This document shows, one piece after another, positions 55,488 to 57,596 of a DNA stretch of 57,596 bases. A program made the position numbers and the translations under genes. The first letter of the stretch is position 1. The number at the start of each line of letters is the position of its first letter. Origin of the DNA: an uncultured Gallionella sp. (GTDB lineage: Bacteria > Pseudomonadota > Gammaproteobacteria > Burkholderiales > Gallionellaceae); NCBI GenBank assembly GCA_964401425.1, contig CAYNYH010000002.1, positions 1-57,596 of the forward strand. Direction: 5' to 3'. The notes under the pieces are model-generated. The model saw only the letters and a list, made by a program, of their open reading frames with translations, did not search any database and had not been told where the DNA came from.

Positions 55488-55871
55488 CTATCGAATCTGA
55501 TTTTCATCGGCTGCTTTTTTCAATGCCAGCAGGCCATCCAGCAATGACGGGACATCATCCTGAATAATGCTCCACAATGTATCGTTGTCTATACCAAGAT
55601 AACCGTGTATCAGCCGATTGCGCATGGAAATGATCTCACGCCATTGGATGTGAGATGCGAATTCGCGCACCGGCGCAGGAATACGGGTTGCTGCCTCCCC
55701 TATCAATTCGAGATTGCGAATGGTGGCATCGTAAGTCAAACCGCTTGCTTCAAATCGTAGTCGATCAAAACCTTCGGTATATACCAAGACCTTCTCGGCA
55801 AACGAAATCATATCGTCCACATACAAACGCCAGTCGCGCCCGTTATTGCCGCCTCTGGTTGGTTCAGACAT
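55488..55871 (-). CDS. HEPN/DUF86 (HepT-like) RNase toxin
   Basis: RNLELIGEAA, R-x4-H motif in MRNRLIHGY. Confidence 0.9.
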   Translation of the reverse strand: MSEPTRGGNNGRDWRLYVDDMISFAEKVLVYTEGFDRLRFEASGLTYDATIRNLELIGEAATRIPAPVREFASHIQWREIISMRNRLIHGYLGIDNDTLWSIIQDDVPSLLDGLLALKKAADENQIR

Positions 55872-56154
55872 GGATCGCACTTGCTTCGATATAAGGCCTT
55901 AACTGCGGGCGTAATGCTTTATCTGTCACTAAATCAATCGGGCATCCGAGCAGGTCTTCCAGATAAAACTGCACTCCGAAATAGCGCTTCGATGTGGCAG
56001 GGCCATCGAAGCTGACAAGCACATCAATGTCGCTATCCGGGCGAGCCTCATCGCGCACTGTGGAGCCAAACAACGCCAGATCGGTGATGCCAAAACGCTG
56101 GATTAATTCCGGCTTGTGCTGAGCCAGCAATTTTAGGACTTCATCTTTGCGCAT
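55864..56154 (-). CDS. Minimal nucleotidyltransferase (MntA-like) antitoxin
   Basis: LFGSTVRDEARPDSDIDVL (GS-x10-DxD); overlaps the HEPN gene. Confidence 0.9.
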   Translation of the reverse strand: MRKDEVLKLLAQHKPELIQRFGITDLALFGSTVRDEARPDSDIDVLVSFDGPATSKRYFGVQFYLEDLLGCPIDLVTDKALRPQLRPYIEASAIHV

Positions 56155-56193
56155 CGTTTCCTCCTGCAATTTCTCATGTTGGCTGCTACGATT

Positions 56194-57596
56194 TTAACCA
56201 AGAAATAGCTTGTACGCCGGGTTGCCGCTCTCGTCCCAGTAGCGGTAGCCGAGGGTATCGAGGAATTTCTTCAGCGCCTTCTTGTCGTGGTGCGGCACCT
56301 GCATGCCGACCAGCACGCGGCCGTAGTCCGCGCCGTGGTTGCGGTAGTGGAACAGGCTGATGTTCCAGCTGTGACTCATGCTGTTGAGGAAGTTCATCAG
56401 CGCGCCAGGGCGCTCCGGGAACTCGAAGCGGAACAGGATTTCATCCTTGACTTCCGGAGCGTGCCCGCCAACCAGATAGCGCAGATGCAGTTTGGCCATT
56501 TCGTTGCCGGACAGGTCGAGCGTGGGCAGGTTGTTGCGCTGCAATTTTTCCACCAGTTCGGCCGTCTCGGACTGGTCGCGCACCTGGATGCCGACGAACA
56601 CATGCGCTACTTTCGGGTCGTCGTAGCGGTAGTTGAATTCGGTGATGTTGCGCTTGCCGAGCAGCGCGCAGAATTTGCGGAAGCTGCCCGGTGTTTCTGG
56701 AATGGTGACGGCAAGGATTGCCTCGCGCCGTTCGCCGATTTCGGCGCGCTCCGCGACAAAGCGCAGCCGGTCGAAATTCATGTTCGCGCCGCAGGCGACG
56801 GCGACCAGCGTCTCGTCCTTGAGCTTTTCGCGCGCGGCATATAATTTGGCTCCGGCGATGGCCAGCGCGCCTGCCGGTTCCAGTATTGAGCGTGTGTCCT
56901 CGAACACGTCCTTGATCGCGGCACAGGTGGCGTCGGTATCCACCAGAACGATTTCGTCGACCAGCTTGCGGCACAGGCGGAAGGTCTCCTGGCCGACCTG
57001 CTTGACCGCCACGCCGTCGGCGAACAGCCCGACATGATCGAGCGTAACGCGCCGCTTGGCTTTCAGCGAGCGGTACATGGCGTCGGAATCGACCGGCTGC
57101 ACGCCGATGATCCTGATGTCGGGACGCAACTCCTTGACGTAGGCCGCTACGCCGGAGATCAGCCCGCCGCCGCCGATGGCGCAGAAAATCGCGTGGATCG
57201 GCCGGGTATGCTGGCGCAGGATTTCCATCGCGATGGTGCCCTGCCCGGCGATCACGTCCGGATCGTCGTAGGGGTGCACGAAGGTCATGCCTTCCTGTTT
57301 TTCCAGTTCCAGCGCATGCGCACAGGCGTCGGAATAGGAATCGCCGTGCAGTACCACTTTCGCGCCACGGCCTTTCACCGCGTCGATCTTGATCTGCGGC
57401 GTGGTGGCGGGCATCACGATGACCGCCCTGCAGCCGAGTTTTTGCGCGGACAGCGCCACGCCCTGCGCATGGTTACCGGCCGAAGCGGCGATGACGCCGC
57501 GCCTGAGCTGTTCGGGCGTGAGCTGCGCCATCTTGTTGTATGCGCCGCGCAGCTTGAAGGAAAACACCGGCTGCATGTCCTCGCGCTTGAGCAGCA
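56194..57596 (-). CDS. ilvA: Biosynthetic threonine dehydratase (5' end outside the window)
   Basis: LKREDMQPVFSFKLRGA, SAGNHAQG, two regulatory domains (FEFPERPGAL). Confidence 0.97.
   Translation of the reverse strand, partial: LLKREDMQPVFSFKLRGAYNKMAQLTPEQLRRGVIAASAGNHAQGVALSAQKLGCRAVIVMPATTPQIKIDAVKGRGAKVVLHGDSYSDACAHALELEKQEGMTFVHPYDDPDVIAGQGTIAMEILRQHTRPIHAIFCAIGGGGLISGVAAYVKELRPDIRIIGVQPVDSDAMYRSLKAKRRVTLDHVGLFADGVAVKQVGQETFRLCRKLVDEIVLVDTDATCAAIKDVFEDTRSILEPAGALAIAGAKLYAAREKLKDETLVAVACGANMNFDRLRFVAERAEIGERREAILAVTIPETPGSFRKFCALLGKRNITEFNYRYDDPKVAHVFVGIQVRDQSETAELVEKLQRNNLPTLDLSGNEMAKLHLRYLVGGHAPEVKDEILFRFEFPERPGALMNFLNSMSHSWNISLFHYRNHGADYGRVLVGMQVPHHDKKALKKFLDTLGYRYWDESGNPAYKLFLG

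Overview
GC-rich betaproteobacterial chromosome segment. Gene order and content suggest Gallionellaceae/Nitrosomonadales (inference). The housekeeping backbone is pilUT-yggS-proC-yggT-yggU, pepP-murU-amgK / lptD-surA-pdxA-rsmA, tim44-ubiJ-ubiB, glmUS, petABC-sspAB, rpoH (with a CIRCE operator), rmlBDAC, rng-maf-rlmH-rsfS-nadD, aceEF and ilvA. Four accessory inserts interrupt it: (1) a complete chromosomal integron (intI, attI, 7 cassettes, 3 of them toxin-antitoxin pairs, 1 with an inverted ORF); (2) a sigma54 module (Cys-rich PAS activator, unknown secreted peptide, DnrO-like protein, atypical hemerythrin); (3) TPR and ParA genes downstream of a glmS 3' end that is folded back into a long hairpin; (4) a small defence island (MNT-HEPN pair plus an MmeI-like restriction-modification gene frameshifted in its NPPF motif). 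The most striking unannotated layer is a set of small palindromic or repeat elements, often nested in each other and often inserted in-frame into proteins. It includes a ~40-66 nt 'GGCTAA-hairpin-GTTA' family with up to six copies. All calls are from reading the sequence by eye; no database searches were run.
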